DNA of 64,000 nucleotides, from the NCBI GenBank assembly GCA_034521955.1, contig JAXHLT010000006.1, positions 65,528 through 129,527 on the forward strand. Direction: 5' to 3'. A model generated the notes under the pieces. The model ran no database searches and was not told the origin of the DNA. It worked only from the letters and a program-made list of their open reading frames with translations. Origin of the DNA: Halanaerobiales bacterium. Lineage in GTDB: Bacteria; Bacillota; Halanaerobiia; Halanaerobiales; M55B127. Numbering within the stretch: position 1 is the first letter of the stretch; each line of letters begins with the position of its first letter. Both the position numbers and the translations under genes were made by a program. Positions 9,063 to 18,772 of the stretch are shown here, piece by piece.

Positions 9063-10008
9063 ATGAATATTAACAAACGCAAGATATTAATTCCATTATT
9101 AGTTTTAACCACATTAGTTTTAATTAGCAGTATAGGTTTAGCACAAGATTTCCCACTGACAGTTACCGATGATTTAGACCAGGAGATAGTAATGAATGAA
9201 AAGCCTGAAAAGATAATATCTATATCACCAAACATGACAGAAGTACTATTTGCAATTGGAGCCGGTGAAAATGTTATAGGAGTAACAACTTTTGCAAACT
9301 ATCCCCAAGAAGCAACTAAAGTAGATAAAATAGGGACAATTACTGAACCCAATATTGAAAAGATAATTTCAATGGAACCAGATTTAGTAGTTGCTTCATC
9401 GGTAAATAAAAAAGAAACAATTGAACGCTTAAGAGAACTTGGTGTTAATGTAGCTGGTTTTGAGGCAGTAAGTGTTAATAAAGCAATTGTAAATATTAAA
9501 AGAATAGCTACTCTAACTGGTTATCAAGAAAACGGTGATAAAATAGCAGCTGAAATGTATATTAAAATAGCTGAAATTAGAAATTTAGTTGATGAAAAGC
9601 TAAAAAATAATGAAAGGCCAAAGGTATTTTATGAAATCTGGAGTGATCCATTGTTTACTGCAGGAGCAAATAATTTCATAGATGATTTAATTCATATGGC
9701 AGGTGGATTTAATATTGGTAGATTAGCAGAAGGGACCATGGCCACAGTATAATCTTGAAAAACTATTGATTGAAGATCCTGAAGTATATATTTCTACTCC
9801 TCATAGTGCTGAAATGGAAGTATCTAAAGAACAGATTAAAAATCGAGAAAGATTTCAACCTATTAGTGCTATCCAAAATGACAGAGTGTATATAATCCAC
9901 CAAGATATCTTAAATAGAGCTTCAACAAGGCTTGTTCAGGGACTTGCATTATTAACTAAAGCTATTTATCCAGAACTAACTGAAGAAGTTAATAATATAG
10001 TAGAATAA
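9063..10008 (+). pseudogene. BtuF/FecB-like periplasmic cobalamin/siderophore-binding lipoprotein, interrupted by a +1 frame break near 9733..9741
   Basis: Signal peptide, then ISISPNMTEVLFAIGAGENVIGVT. The 0-frame ends ...AEGTMATV* at 9752. The +1 frame, open from 9727, reads WPQYNLEKLLIEDPEVYIS..., the family-typical continuation. Confidence 0.7.
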
Positions 10009-10022
10009 AATGATTATAATTA

Positions 10023-10059
10023 ATCCCTCACTTTTTCAATATAGAAGTGAGGGATTTTT
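10023..10059 (+). terminator. Intrinsic terminator ending the cob operon
   Basis: 11-bp stem ATCCCTCACTT / AAGTGAGGGAT followed by a T run. Confidence 0.85.
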
Positions 10060-10088
10060 AAATGCTCTAATTTAAAACTATCATTTTA

Positions 10089-10117
10089 TTGATATAGTTG
10101 GATATTTCAATTATAAT
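10089..10117 (+). promoter_or_regulatory. Sigma-A-type promoter candidate for cobC
   Basis: TTGATA (10089..10094), 17-nt spacer, TATAAT (10112..10117), about 35 nt upstream of the cobC start. Confidence 0.6.
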
Positions 10118-10153
10118 AGTAAAAGAAAACAAATTATACAAGAAGGTGTTATA

Positions 10154-10762
10154 ATGACAACTAAATTAGTTTTAGTAAGACACGGAGAGACCGATTGGAA
10201 TAAAAATTCAAGATATCAGGGTGCAGTTGATATAAAGTTAAATCAAAAAGGTAGAGATCAAGCCAAAAAATTATATGACTATTTAAAAGATGAAGAATTC
10301 GATGTTATATACAGCAGTACTTTAAAACGTGCCTACCATACGGTAAACGATATTGCAGATTATCAAAATAAAGATGTAATTACAATTGCAGATCTAATGG
10401 AGATTAACTTTGGTAAGTGGGAAGGTTTAACTTTTGATGAGATAGAAAAAGATTATCCAGATCTTGCAGAAAAATGGGCAAAAGATCCGACCTGTTGTAA
10501 ACCGCCTGAAGGTGAACACATCAAAGAGGTTGAAGAGAGAGTGGGAAAAGCTATAGATATGATTGTTAATGAAAATCAGGATAAAAAGATTTTGATAGCA
10601 ACCCATGGAGGGATTGTCAGGATAATTATTGCCTATTTGTTAGATTTACCACTTAATAGAATTTTTAGTATTGAAGTTGATAACGTTTCAGTTTCAAGAA
10701 TTAAGTTTTATAAAAAATATCCAGTTTTAAAACTATTAAACAGTACACACCATTTAAAATAA
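10154..10762 (+). CDS. cobC: Histidine-phosphatase family protein, probable alpha-ribazole phosphatase
   Basis: RHGETDWN catalytic motif, second His in ATHGG, 202 aa, adjacent to the cob operon. Confidence 0.7.
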   Translation: MTTKLVLVRHGETDWNKNSRYQGAVDIKLNQKGRDQAKKLYDYLKDEEFDVIYSSTLKRAYHTVNDIADYQNKDVITIADLMEINFGKWEGLTFDEIEKDYPDLAEKWAKDPTCCKPPEGEHIKEVEERVGKAIDMIVNENQDKKILIATHGGIVRIIIAYLLDLPLNRIFSIEVDNVSVSRIKFYKKYPVLKLLNSTHHLK

Positions 10763-10774
10763 AGAAAAATAAGG

Positions 10775-12001
10775 ATGATTAATTTGATTGATGTAATTAT
10801 TACAACCAACTCACCTGGGGAAGTTTCTGCCTGGGTTAGACCGGTGGTGGATGAGTTAAATAAAAAAGATATAGAAAAAAATATTTATGTATTCACACCT
10901 CCCTGTGTATTTTCTAGTGGTAATGAAGGTAAGGTGCTCAATAATATAGAGGGAGTTACAAATACATTTAATAAAAAAGAATATCTTAAATATGTTTTAT
11001 TTAATATTAGACCTTTAGGTTTTAATCCATCTAAAAAGGGGTTTGTACTTTTTTTAGGTGGAGACTTTATGCATGCGGTATTTTTAGGTAAAAAATTAGG
11101 TTATCCTGTTTATTCTTATACAGAAAGAGACTTTGGATTTAAAAGAAGTGTTAAAAAGTTCTATTTATCAGATGAGAATATATATAAAAAATTAATAGAT
11201 AATGGTATTCTCAGTTCGAAGTTAAAAGTTGTTGGTAATTTAATGTATGATTCAATTAATCCTAAATTGAGTAAAAAAGAAACCAAAAGACTTTTAGATA
11301 AAAAGGATAATGATTTTATTATAAATTTGATGCCTGGTAGTAGATCTGATGAATTTAGATTTGCATTACCACTATTTTTAGAAGTGGCAGAAAAGTTATT
11401 TAAACAGAATAATCAATTAAAGTTTATTATATCAAAATCTTCTTTTGTTGATGAATCAATCATTAAAAAAACATTAAAAGATATAGATGATAAATATAAT
11501 ATTAGCTATGATAAAAACAATAAAAGTATATATATAAATAACATTAAAATAAATATTTATGAAAAAAACATACACAGTATTATGAGAGAATCAGACTTTG
11601 CGATTACAATTCCAGGTACAAATAATTTGGAATTGGCAGTTTTGAGAACACCAATGCTAGTTTTATTACCCCTTAATAGGCCTGAATTAATTCCCTTACC
11701 TGGTCTTATAGGTTTAATTGGTGAGATACCTTTTTTAGGTAAAATAATTAAGAAGTTAGTGATACCAAATATGGCCAAAAAAAGAAAATATATATCATTG
11801 GTTAATCTTATTTACAACGAAAATATAGTTCCTGAATTAATGGGAGTTTTGGATAGCAATAATATAGCAAATACAGTTATAAAACTATTAGAAACTAATG
11901 AAACAGAAGAAATAAAAAAACGAATAAATAAATTACAATTTGATAATGGTGCAGCAGAAATTATGGTAGATGATATACTTAACGAATTGAATACTACTTA
12001 A
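10775..12001 (+). CDS. Lipid-A-disaccharide synthase (LpxB, GT19)-like protein
   Basis: N-terminal SPGEVSAW resembles the LpxB GE(T/V)SGD motif. Has the central LMPGSRSDE (LPGSR) motif, is ~408 aa, and sits in an LPS-type neighbourhood. Confidence 0.45.
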   Translation: MINLIDVIITTNSPGEVSAWVRPVVDELNKKDIEKNIYVFTPPCVFSSGNEGKVLNNIEGVTNTFNKKEYLKYVLFNIRPLGFNPSKKGFVLFLGGDFMHAVFLGKKLGYPVYSYTERDFGFKRSVKKFYLSDENIYKKLIDNGILSSKLKVVGNLMYDSINPKLSKKETKRLLDKKDNDFIINLMPGSRSDEFRFALPLFLEVAEKLFKQNNQLKFIISKSSFVDESIIKKTLKDIDDKYNISYDKNNKSIYINNIKINIYEKNIHSIMRESDFAITIPGTNNLELAVLRTPMLVLLPLNRPELIPLPGLIGLIGEIPFLGKIIKKLVIPNMAKKRKYISLVNLIYNENIVPELMGVLDSNNIANTVIKLLETNETEEIKKRINKLQFDNGAAEIMVDDILNELNTT

Positions 12002-12027
12002 ATTATTTATATATGAGGAGCATTACT

Positions 12028-13056
12028 ATGTTAAAAATTATATTCTATATTTTAATATCAATAGCGATATTATTATTTTTTACTGCACTTTTTGTTTATC
12101 TCTATTATATAAAAAGAGCTAGAAAGATTGATGAAAAGGTACTTAATATAAATATTAATATTAAAAATAACTTTGATGACTTTAAGGTTCATAATCCATA
12201 TGATTATGAAGGTAAATACTTTAAAGCTCAATTGCATTCACATACAAAAGAAAGTGATGGTAAGCTTGAAGTTAATGAATTGATTAAGGAGTATAAAAAT
12301 AGAGGATATGATTTTCTTGCAATAACTGATCATGATAAAATTACTATAAACAAGGAATATGATGATAACAATTTCAAAACGATTACTGGTGAAGAGTTAA
12401 CGGTTATTAATCCTTTTTGGCCGTTAGGTAGACACCTTAATAGAATAGGTGTAAAAAAACGAAGTAAGTATAATAAATTAAAAGATGTTGATAAGGTATT
12501 AAATCAGAATAATATTACAGTTATTAATCACCCGGCAACTGAAAGTGGCCTGGGTACTCAACGTTGGGACATTGATAAACTATTGGAACTTGAAAATATA
12601 AAGTTTATTGAAATTGCAAATCATTTTTCAGATCAAATGATAAATATGAAGTATTGGCACATATTATTAAATAAATATGGCAATCAATCTCCTATTTGGG
12701 GCTTGGCAGTAGATGATGCTCACAATATTGATGATATTGATAAAAATTGGATAATGGTTAAAGCAGATAATTTTACAGAAAAAGATTTGCTAAAAGCGTT
12801 AACCAGAGGTAGCTTTTACAGCACACAAGGTCCTGAAGTTGAATTTTTTGTAGAAGATAATATTATTAATGTAACAAGTAATACATCATATGAAATCAGC
12901 TTTTATGGGGGAGATAATAAATTATTAAAAAGCAAAAGTGGATTTAATGCTGATTATAAACCAAAAGGAAATGAAGATTTTATCAGATTAGAAATAGTTG
13001 ATAAGGACAAGAATAAAAAATTATGGTCACAACCGTTTTGGTTGTATAATAATTAA
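12028..13056 (+). CDS. Membrane-anchored PHP-domain metal-dependent phosphoesterase (CehA/McbA-like)
   Basis: N-terminal TM helix, then QLHSHTKESDG ... AITDHD, the PHP His/Asp motifs. AGGAG at 12016..12020 favours ATG 12028 over the listed 12013. Confidence 0.55.
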   Translation: MLKIIFYILISIAILLFFTALFVYLYYIKRARKIDEKVLNININIKNNFDDFKVHNPYDYEGKYFKAQLHSHTKESDGKLEVNELIKEYKNRGYDFLAITDHDKITINKEYDDNNFKTITGEELTVINPFWPLGRHLNRIGVKKRSKYNKLKDVDKVLNQNNITVINHPATESGLGTQRWDIDKLLELENIKFIEIANHFSDQMINMKYWHILLNKYGNQSPIWGLAVDDAHNIDDIDKNWIMVKADNFTEKDLLKALTRGSFYSTQGPEVEFFVEDNIINVTSNTSYEISFYGGDNKLLKSKSGFNADYKPKGNEDFIRLEIVDKDKNKKLWSQPFWLYNN

Positions 13057-13086
13057 GGATATCTAGACAGTAAAGAAGGTGTTGAA

Positions 13087-14685
13087 ATGTTAAAGGTAGA
13101 TGCATATAAGAATTGGCAGGTCATATTATTAATATTAATAATACTATTACCCTTATATACTATCAATTTGGGAGTTAATAGTCTCTGGGACCTTGATGAG
13201 GGAGTTTATTCAGAAATGTCCCGGGAAATGTTATTAAGGAATGATTATATTAATACTTATTATAATTATAGTCCTCGTTTTGATAAACCTCCTTTAGTAT
13301 TATGGGTTACTGCATTTTTTTATAGTTTATTAGGGGTAAGTGAATTAACAACAAGAATTGGTCTTGTAATATTTAGTATGTTAAATTTAGTTGTATTATA
13401 TTATCTTGCCGAGATGCTGTTTAATAGAAGAACTGCAATAATATCAACATTGATCTTAGGAACGAGTTTTCAATATGTAATTCAATCTAGAATTTTATAT
13501 ATGGATGTACCTTTAACACTTTTTATTACCTTAAGTGTTTTGTTATTTTATATTGGTTATAATAAAGATAGAAGATATTATCTTTTAATGGGAATAGTAT
13601 TAGCTTTAGGAACATTAGTAAAAGGACCAGTAGCATTCGGTCTGCCCGGCCTAATAGCCTTATTTTATGTGGGAATTATAAACTTATTTAAAGAATTTAA
13701 ATCAAAGTGGACTTGGTTATCTGTATTAGTTTATTTAATTTTTGCCTTACCATGGCATATAACAGTATATTTAAGTCATGGAAATGAATTTTTAAGAGAT
13801 TATTTTGGATATCATATGTTAACCCGTTTTTCAACTGCAATTGAAACGCATGGTGGACCTTGGTATTATTATATCTTAATTTTATTTTTAGGATTGTTTC
13901 CCTGGAGTTCATTTGTTCCCTGGTTGTTTCCAATGATAAAAAGGACTTGGGAAAATAACAAAGATAAATACAGACTAATTATAAGCTGGATCACAGTAAT
14001 TTTTGTGTTCTTTAGTATTGCCAGTACAAAACTACCAGGTTATATTTTGCCGACTTATCCAGCTTTTGCAATATTAATTGGTCTATGGTGGGATAGATTG
14101 TTAAAGACTGGAGAAGGGATAAGAAAGTTTTTAGTATCAAATATTGTTATTATATTAATCGGATTATTAATGTTAGTTGGTCTATATTATATAAGACCAA
14201 TGGTTGAAAATGAGTTAAACGAATATCTTGAAGTATTAGATATATTAATTTATTTCCCAATTATATTTATTGCGGGGGGTATTTTAAGTTTTATCGTTTA
14301 TATTTGGAAAGAAAAAAAGATTAGATCATTTATAACTTATCTAGGTATAGCTTATATTGCAATTACTGTAATAATATCTCTTGTGTTACCATTGGCAGAT
14401 CAGTTTAAACCTGCTAAGACTTTAGCAAATTCCCTACCAGAAAATCTTTCAGAGGAAGTAAAAGTTGTAAGTGCACTGGATATGGAACCAGCAAGCATAG
14501 TTTTTTATTCCAAAAGAAAGGTAAATTATATAACAAATAAAAATGAATTAAGAGAATTTTTAAATGCGAATGATCAAGTATATGTATATATGGATCGTGA
14601 GGATTATTTAGATGTCAAAGATTATGTAGAATTGATTGTGATTGTAAATGAGTATAAAGACATGATGGTAATAAAAAATTTCTAG
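13087..14685 (+). CDS. GT-C fold glycosyltransferase, ArnT/PMT (family 39/83)-like
   Basis: 532 aa with >10 TM helices. First-loop motif DLDEGVYSEMSREM (the DE motif of ArnT/PMT enzymes), then FDKPPL. Confidence 0.7.
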   Translation: MLKVDAYKNWQVILLILIILLPLYTINLGVNSLWDLDEGVYSEMSREMLLRNDYINTYYNYSPRFDKPPLVLWVTAFFYSLLGVSELTTRIGLVIFSMLNLVVLYYLAEMLFNRRTAIISTLILGTSFQYVIQSRILYMDVPLTLFITLSVLLFYIGYNKDRRYYLLMGIVLALGTLVKGPVAFGLPGLIALFYVGIINLFKEFKSKWTWLSVLVYLIFALPWHITVYLSHGNEFLRDYFGYHMLTRFSTAIETHGGPWYYYILILFLGLFPWSSFVPWLFPMIKRTWENNKDKYRLIISWITVIFVFFSIASTKLPGYILPTYPAFAILIGLWWDRLLKTGEGIRKFLVSNIVIILIGLLMLVGLYYIRPMVENELNEYLEVLDILIYFPIIFIAGGILSFIVYIWKEKKIRSFITYLGIAYIAITVIISLVLPLADQFKPAKTLANSLPENLSEEVKVVSALDMEPASIVFYSKRKVNYITNKNELREFLNANDQVYVYMDREDYLDVKDYVELIVIVNEYKDMMVIKNF

Positions 14686-14698
14686 GGGAGATTAAAAA

Positions 14699-15652
14699 AT
14701 GAGTAAAGATATTTCTATTGTAGTACCTATTTACTATGAAGAAGAAAATATATTTCCTTTATATGAAAGATTAATTAGTGTTGTAAAAAAAGATATGGGT
14801 TTATCTTACGAGATTATATTTGTAAATGATGGTAGTGAGGATAATTCAGTAAAAAAAATTAAAGAACTTATTAATAAAGATGAGAACATTAAATTATTGA
14901 ATTTTTCTAGAAACTTTGGACATCAGGTTGCTGTAACAGCGGGGTTGGAACACACTATAGGTGATACAGTTGTAATAATTGATGCAGATTTACAAGATCC
15001 ACCTGAACTAATAAAAAATATGTATAAAAAATATAAAGAGGGTTATGATGTAGTATATGCTAAAAGAAAAAGTAGAGCAGGTGAAAGCTACTTTAAAAAA
15101 CATACTGCAAAATTATTTTATAGAGTTTTAGACTCTATGTCAGATATTGATATTCCCTTAGATACTGGTGATTATAGATTGATAAGTTCAAGAGTAGTAA
15201 ACAAATTGAATAGTATGCCTGAAAAAAATAGATTTATAAGAGGCTTGGTTACATGGGTAGGATATAAGCAGACATATGTGGAGTATAATAGGGATAAAAG
15301 ACATGCTGGAGAAACTGGTTATTCATTATCTAAGATGATAAAATTTTCTCTTGATGGGATAACTTCTTTTTCTACTTTCCCATTGAAGATAGCAACTATA
15401 TTAGGTCTTTTTATATCAGGTGCTAGTTTTATATACATATTAAGAATCATTTATCTAAAGTATTTTACTGACCAAACTATTGTTGGCTGGAGTTCAATAA
15501 TGGTTTCCAACTTGTTTTTAGGTGGTATTATACTATTGACTCTTGGAATACTAGGGGAATATATTGGCAGGATATATACCGAACTTAAAAATAGACCACA
15601 GTATATAGTTAAAGATAAGTATGGCTTTAATGAGGATAATAAAAATGAATAA
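14699..15652 (+). CDS. GT2 polyprenol-phosphate glycosyltransferase (ArnC/GtrB/Dpm1-like)
   Basis: IVVPIYYEEENI, NDGSEDNS and DADLQDPPE motifs, with two C-terminal TM helices. Confidence 0.8.
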   Translation: MSKDISIVVPIYYEEENIFPLYERLISVVKKDMGLSYEIIFVNDGSEDNSVKKIKELINKDENIKLLNFSRNFGHQVAVTAGLEHTIGDTVVIIDADLQDPPELIKNMYKKYKEGYDVVYAKRKSRAGESYFKKHTAKLFYRVLDSMSDIDIPLDTGDYRLISSRVVNKLNSMPEKNRFIRGLVTWVGYKQTYVEYNRDKRHAGETGYSLSKMIKFSLDGITSFSTFPLKIATILGLFISGASFIYILRIIYLKYFTDQTIVGWSSIMVSNLFLGGIILLTLGILGEYIGRIYTELKNRPQYIVKDKYGFNEDNKNE

Positions 15653-16025
15653 AGATGATATAATAAAATTTATTAAGTTTTCAGTTGTAGGTGTTTCAAA
15701 TACTTTAGTTTCCTTAGTATCATTTTATGTATTCTTTGAAGTAATAGGTATTTATTATATAATTGCAAGTACCTTGGGTTATATAGTTGGATTAATTAAT
15801 AGTTATTTTGGGAATTTAAGATGGACCTTTAAGCAAAAACATTCTATTGATGTATTAATAAAGTTTATTATTGTAAATATTGTTGCCTTGGGATTAAAGC
15901 TGTCAGTGATTTATATATTAGTTGAATCACTACAAATCCCAGAACTTTATTCTGAAGTAATTGCAATGGGCTTTGCAATTGTCGTTAATTTTGGAGGCAA
16001 CAGATTTTGGACTTTTCAAGAGTAA
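15645..16025 (+). CDS. GtrA-family membrane protein (putative polyprenol-P-sugar flippase)
   Basis: ~126 aa, 4 TM helices, FIKFSVVGVSNTLV ... NFGGNRFWTF as in GtrA. ATG 15645 overlaps the upstream stop. Confidence 0.7.
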   Translation: MNKDDIIKFIKFSVVGVSNTLVSLVSFYVFFEVIGIYYIIASTLGYIVGLINSYFGNLRWTFKQKHSIDVLIKFIIVNIVALGLKLSVIYILVESLQIPELYSEVIAMGFAIVVNFGGNRFWTFQE

Positions 16026-16924
16026 TTATTATTATTTTTCATTCCATTAAAGTATGCATGTGTTTTAATTAAATACAACAATAAAGTTTGTAAGATCTTT
16101 AAATTGTTTTTATAAAAAAGATTTAATAACTTTTTAGTAGTATCTGATTCTAACCAGTTGCCAAAATTCATAATTTTTTCTAATATAAACAAAGGCTTGA
16201 TATATAATGTTTCTAATTTAACTGCAAAGGATGAATTTATTTCATTATATAATACTGCAGTTCTACCGCGCTGTTTTTCTCTATCAATAATTTCAGGTAG
16301 TTTTTGCATTGAAAATTTATATTCTAGATGGTAACCTATTGCACTATCGGCATGTATAGCTTTTAGATTAAGTTCTTTTAATCTTTTACCTAATTCTAAA
16401 TCTTCCCAACCGTATTCTTTAAACCTTTCATCAAAAAGGCCAGCTTCAATCAGATGCTCTTTTTTTATTGAAACATTACCCGTTGCAAAGAATGCATTTG
16501 AAAAATCAGTTATTTTTTCTTTTGCAGTTTGAGAATCAGCAATATTGTTAGTATATATTACAGGTCCGTGTACAACAACATTATCAAACTGTTTTTGCTT
16601 TTCAATATGAGATTTAATAAATTTTTCATTTACTATAATGTCATCATCAATAAAGATGATATATTTACCCTGAGCTTTTTTAATACCGTTGTTTCGTGCT
16701 GAAGCAGATCCGTTATGATTTTGATAGATATAATTTAAATTAATATCTAAATATAAATTTCCTATCATTTTTTTAATATGGTCAGTAGATCCATCATCAA
16801 CAACTATTACTTCAAAAACAATGTTATCAATAGATTGTTTATTTAAAACTTGTAGACATTTTTTTAATATGTCAGCTCTATTTTTGGTTACTATTATAAT
16901 ACTAGTTTTTATTTTGTTATTCAT
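16016..16924 (-). CDS. GT2 family glycosyltransferase
   Basis: SIIIVTKNR, VVDDGSTD and IFIDDD motifs, 302 aa. Convergent with gtrA-like and overlaps it by 10 nt. Confidence 0.7.
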   Translation of the reverse strand: MNNKIKTSIIIVTKNRADILKKCLQVLNKQSIDNIVFEVIVVDDGSTDHIKKMIGNLYLDINLNYIYQNHNGSASARNNGIKKAQGKYIIFIDDDIIVNEKFIKSHIEKQKQFDNVVVHGPVIYTNNIADSQTAKEKITDFSNAFFATGNVSIKKEHLIEAGLFDERFKEYGWEDLELGKRLKELNLKAIHADSAIGYHLEYKFSMQKLPEIIDREKQRGRTAVLYNEINSSFAVKLETLYIKPLFILEKIMNFGNWLESDTTKKLLNLFYKNNLKILQTLLLYLIKTHAYFNGMKNNNNYS

Positions 16925-16996
16925 ATTTTACAGACTCCTTAATACATTGTTTATATATTAATTATCTAATAAATTTGCTTATATTTCAATCATGCA

Positions 16997-17025
16997 TTGA
17001 GGTTATTTAATATATATTATATAAT
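16997..17025 (+). promoter_or_regulatory. Sigma-A-type promoter candidate for the msbA-like gene
   Basis: TTGAGG (16997..17002), 17-nt spacer, TATAAT (17020..17025). This argues against the listed ORF start at 16997. Confidence 0.5.
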
Positions 17026-17047
17026 ATGCCTTGGAGGTATTAAAAAA

Positions 17048-18772
17048 TTGAAAACTTATAGAAAATTATATAAATATATGAAGCCATATATGGGAAGCTT
17101 AATAGGTGGATTTATCTGCTTAATATTAGTTGGTATTATAGGTTTATTAATACCATGGTTATTTAAGTTTTTAATTGATGATGTATTAATTGCACGTAAT
17201 CCAGTTTTTTTAAATTATATCGCCTTTGGAGCAATTCTATTATATTTTCTCAAAGGAATATTTAACTATGGACAAAAATATCTAATTTCTGGATTAAGCC
17301 AACATGTAATTGTTGATTTAAGAAATGAACTCTATCAGCATTTACAAAAACTATCTCTTAGTTTTTTTGAAAAACAAAGAACAGGAGATTTGATGTCCAG
17401 AATAACTAATGATGTAAATGTTATACAAAGCAGTTTAACACAGGGCCTTTCCAATTTGGTTTTACAACCAATTATGGTTATTGGTATAGTTGGATTTTTG
17501 TTGTATATTGATTGGAAATTAGCATTAGTTTCTTTTATTGTAATACCACTAGTTTCACTCGCAATTAGTAAGTTTGGATTTAAAATGCGGTCAATAAGTA
17601 CTAAAATACAAAATGAAATGAGTAATGTTACGAATATACTGCAAGAAACACTTTCAGCAGTTAGAATTGTAAAAGCCTTTAATAATGAGCAAAAAGAGAT
17701 TGCAAAGTTTTCTAAAGCAAATAAAAGAACATTAGAGGAAAACTTAAAAGGAGTACAGGTAGAAGCGACAATCACACCAATTGTGGAGCTAATAATTGCT
17801 GTTGGTTCAGCTGCTTTTTTATGGTATGGAGGTCATAAAGTACTAAATGGTCAGATGACAACAGGAGAATTAATAACATTTATTGGATACATAGGTCTAT
17901 TAATTAGTCCAATTAATATATTAAGTAAAAGTTATAATTTGATGCAGAAGGCTATTGGAGCTTCAGAGAGAATATTCAACCTTTTAAATGTAGATGAAAA
18001 AGTAGTAGAAAAAGAAGATGCTATCGAGATGCCTCCAATTGATGGGAAGATTGAGTTTAGAAATATAAGCTTTAGTTATAATAGTCATGAAAAAGTTCTA
18101 AAAAATATAAGTTTAAATGTAGCTCCAGGAGAAATGGTAGCTTTTGTAGGCCATAGTGGAGCTGGTAAAACTACTTTAGTTAATTTAATACCTAGATTTT
18201 ATGATGTTTTAGAGGGTGAAGTTCTAATAGATGGAATTAACATTAAAGATGTTAAAATAGATACTTTAAGAAAACAAATCGGAATTGTTCCCCAGGAAAC
18301 AGTATTATTTAGGGGTTCAGTTGCAGAAAATATTGCTTATGGAGCTGATCATAAATCAAAAGAAGAAATTATAGAAGCGGCTAAAAAAGCAAATGCACAT
18401 CAATTTATAACTAAATTTGATAAGGGCTATGATACTGAAGTTGGTGAAAGAGGTGTATCATTATCTGGAGGTCAAAAACAGAGGATTTCAATAGCTAGAG
18501 CCCTTTTAACTGATCATAAGATATTGATATTAGATGAAGCAACTTCATCTTTAGATTTAAAATCAGAGTCATTAATACAAGAAGCCTTAGAGAGATTAAT
18601 AAAAGACAGAACAACATTTGTTATTGCTCATCGTTTATCTACTGTTATAAATGCTGATAATATTGTTGTATTAGAAGAAGGTAAGATAGTTGAGCAGGGA
18701 AGACATGAAGAACTCATCAAAGAAGAAGGATATTATTATAATCTTTATAAATCTCAATTTGAGCAAGGATGA
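17048..18772 (+). CDS. msbA: ABC exporter, fused permease/ATPase, MsbA-like (lipid A/lipid flippase family)
   Basis: Six-TM domain, Walker A GHSGAGKTT, signature LSGGQKQR, Walker B ILILDEATS. TTG 17048 follows GGAGG at 17033..17037. Confidence 0.8.
   Translation: MKTYRKLYKYMKPYMGSLIGGFICLILVGIIGLLIPWLFKFLIDDVLIARNPVFLNYIAFGAILLYFLKGIFNYGQKYLISGLSQHVIVDLRNELYQHLQKLSLSFFEKQRTGDLMSRITNDVNVIQSSLTQGLSNLVLQPIMVIGIVGFLLYIDWKLALVSFIVIPLVSLAISKFGFKMRSISTKIQNEMSNVTNILQETLSAVRIVKAFNNEQKEIAKFSKANKRTLEENLKGVQVEATITPIVELIIAVGSAAFLWYGGHKVLNGQMTTGELITFIGYIGLLISPINILSKSYNLMQKAIGASERIFNLLNVDEKVVEKEDAIEMPPIDGKIEFRNISFSYNSHEKVLKNISLNVAPGEMVAFVGHSGAGKTTLVNLIPRFYDVLEGEVLIDGINIKDVKIDTLRKQIGIVPQETVLFRGSVAENIAYGADHKSKEEIIEAAKKANAHQFITKFDKGYDTEVGERGVSLSGGQKQRISIARALLTDHKILILDEATSSLDLKSESLIQEALERLIKDRTTFVIAHRLSTVINADNIVVLEEGKIVEQGRHEELIKEEGYYYNLYKSQFEQG

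Noticed and set aside
16997-17047. Listed ORF start at 16997 for the MsbA-like gene (extra MRLFNIYYIICLGGIKK).
   Set aside because: These codons coincide with a TTGAGG-17-TATAAT promoter. A GGAGG RBS precedes in-frame TTG 17048, which gives the usual MsbA N-terminus.
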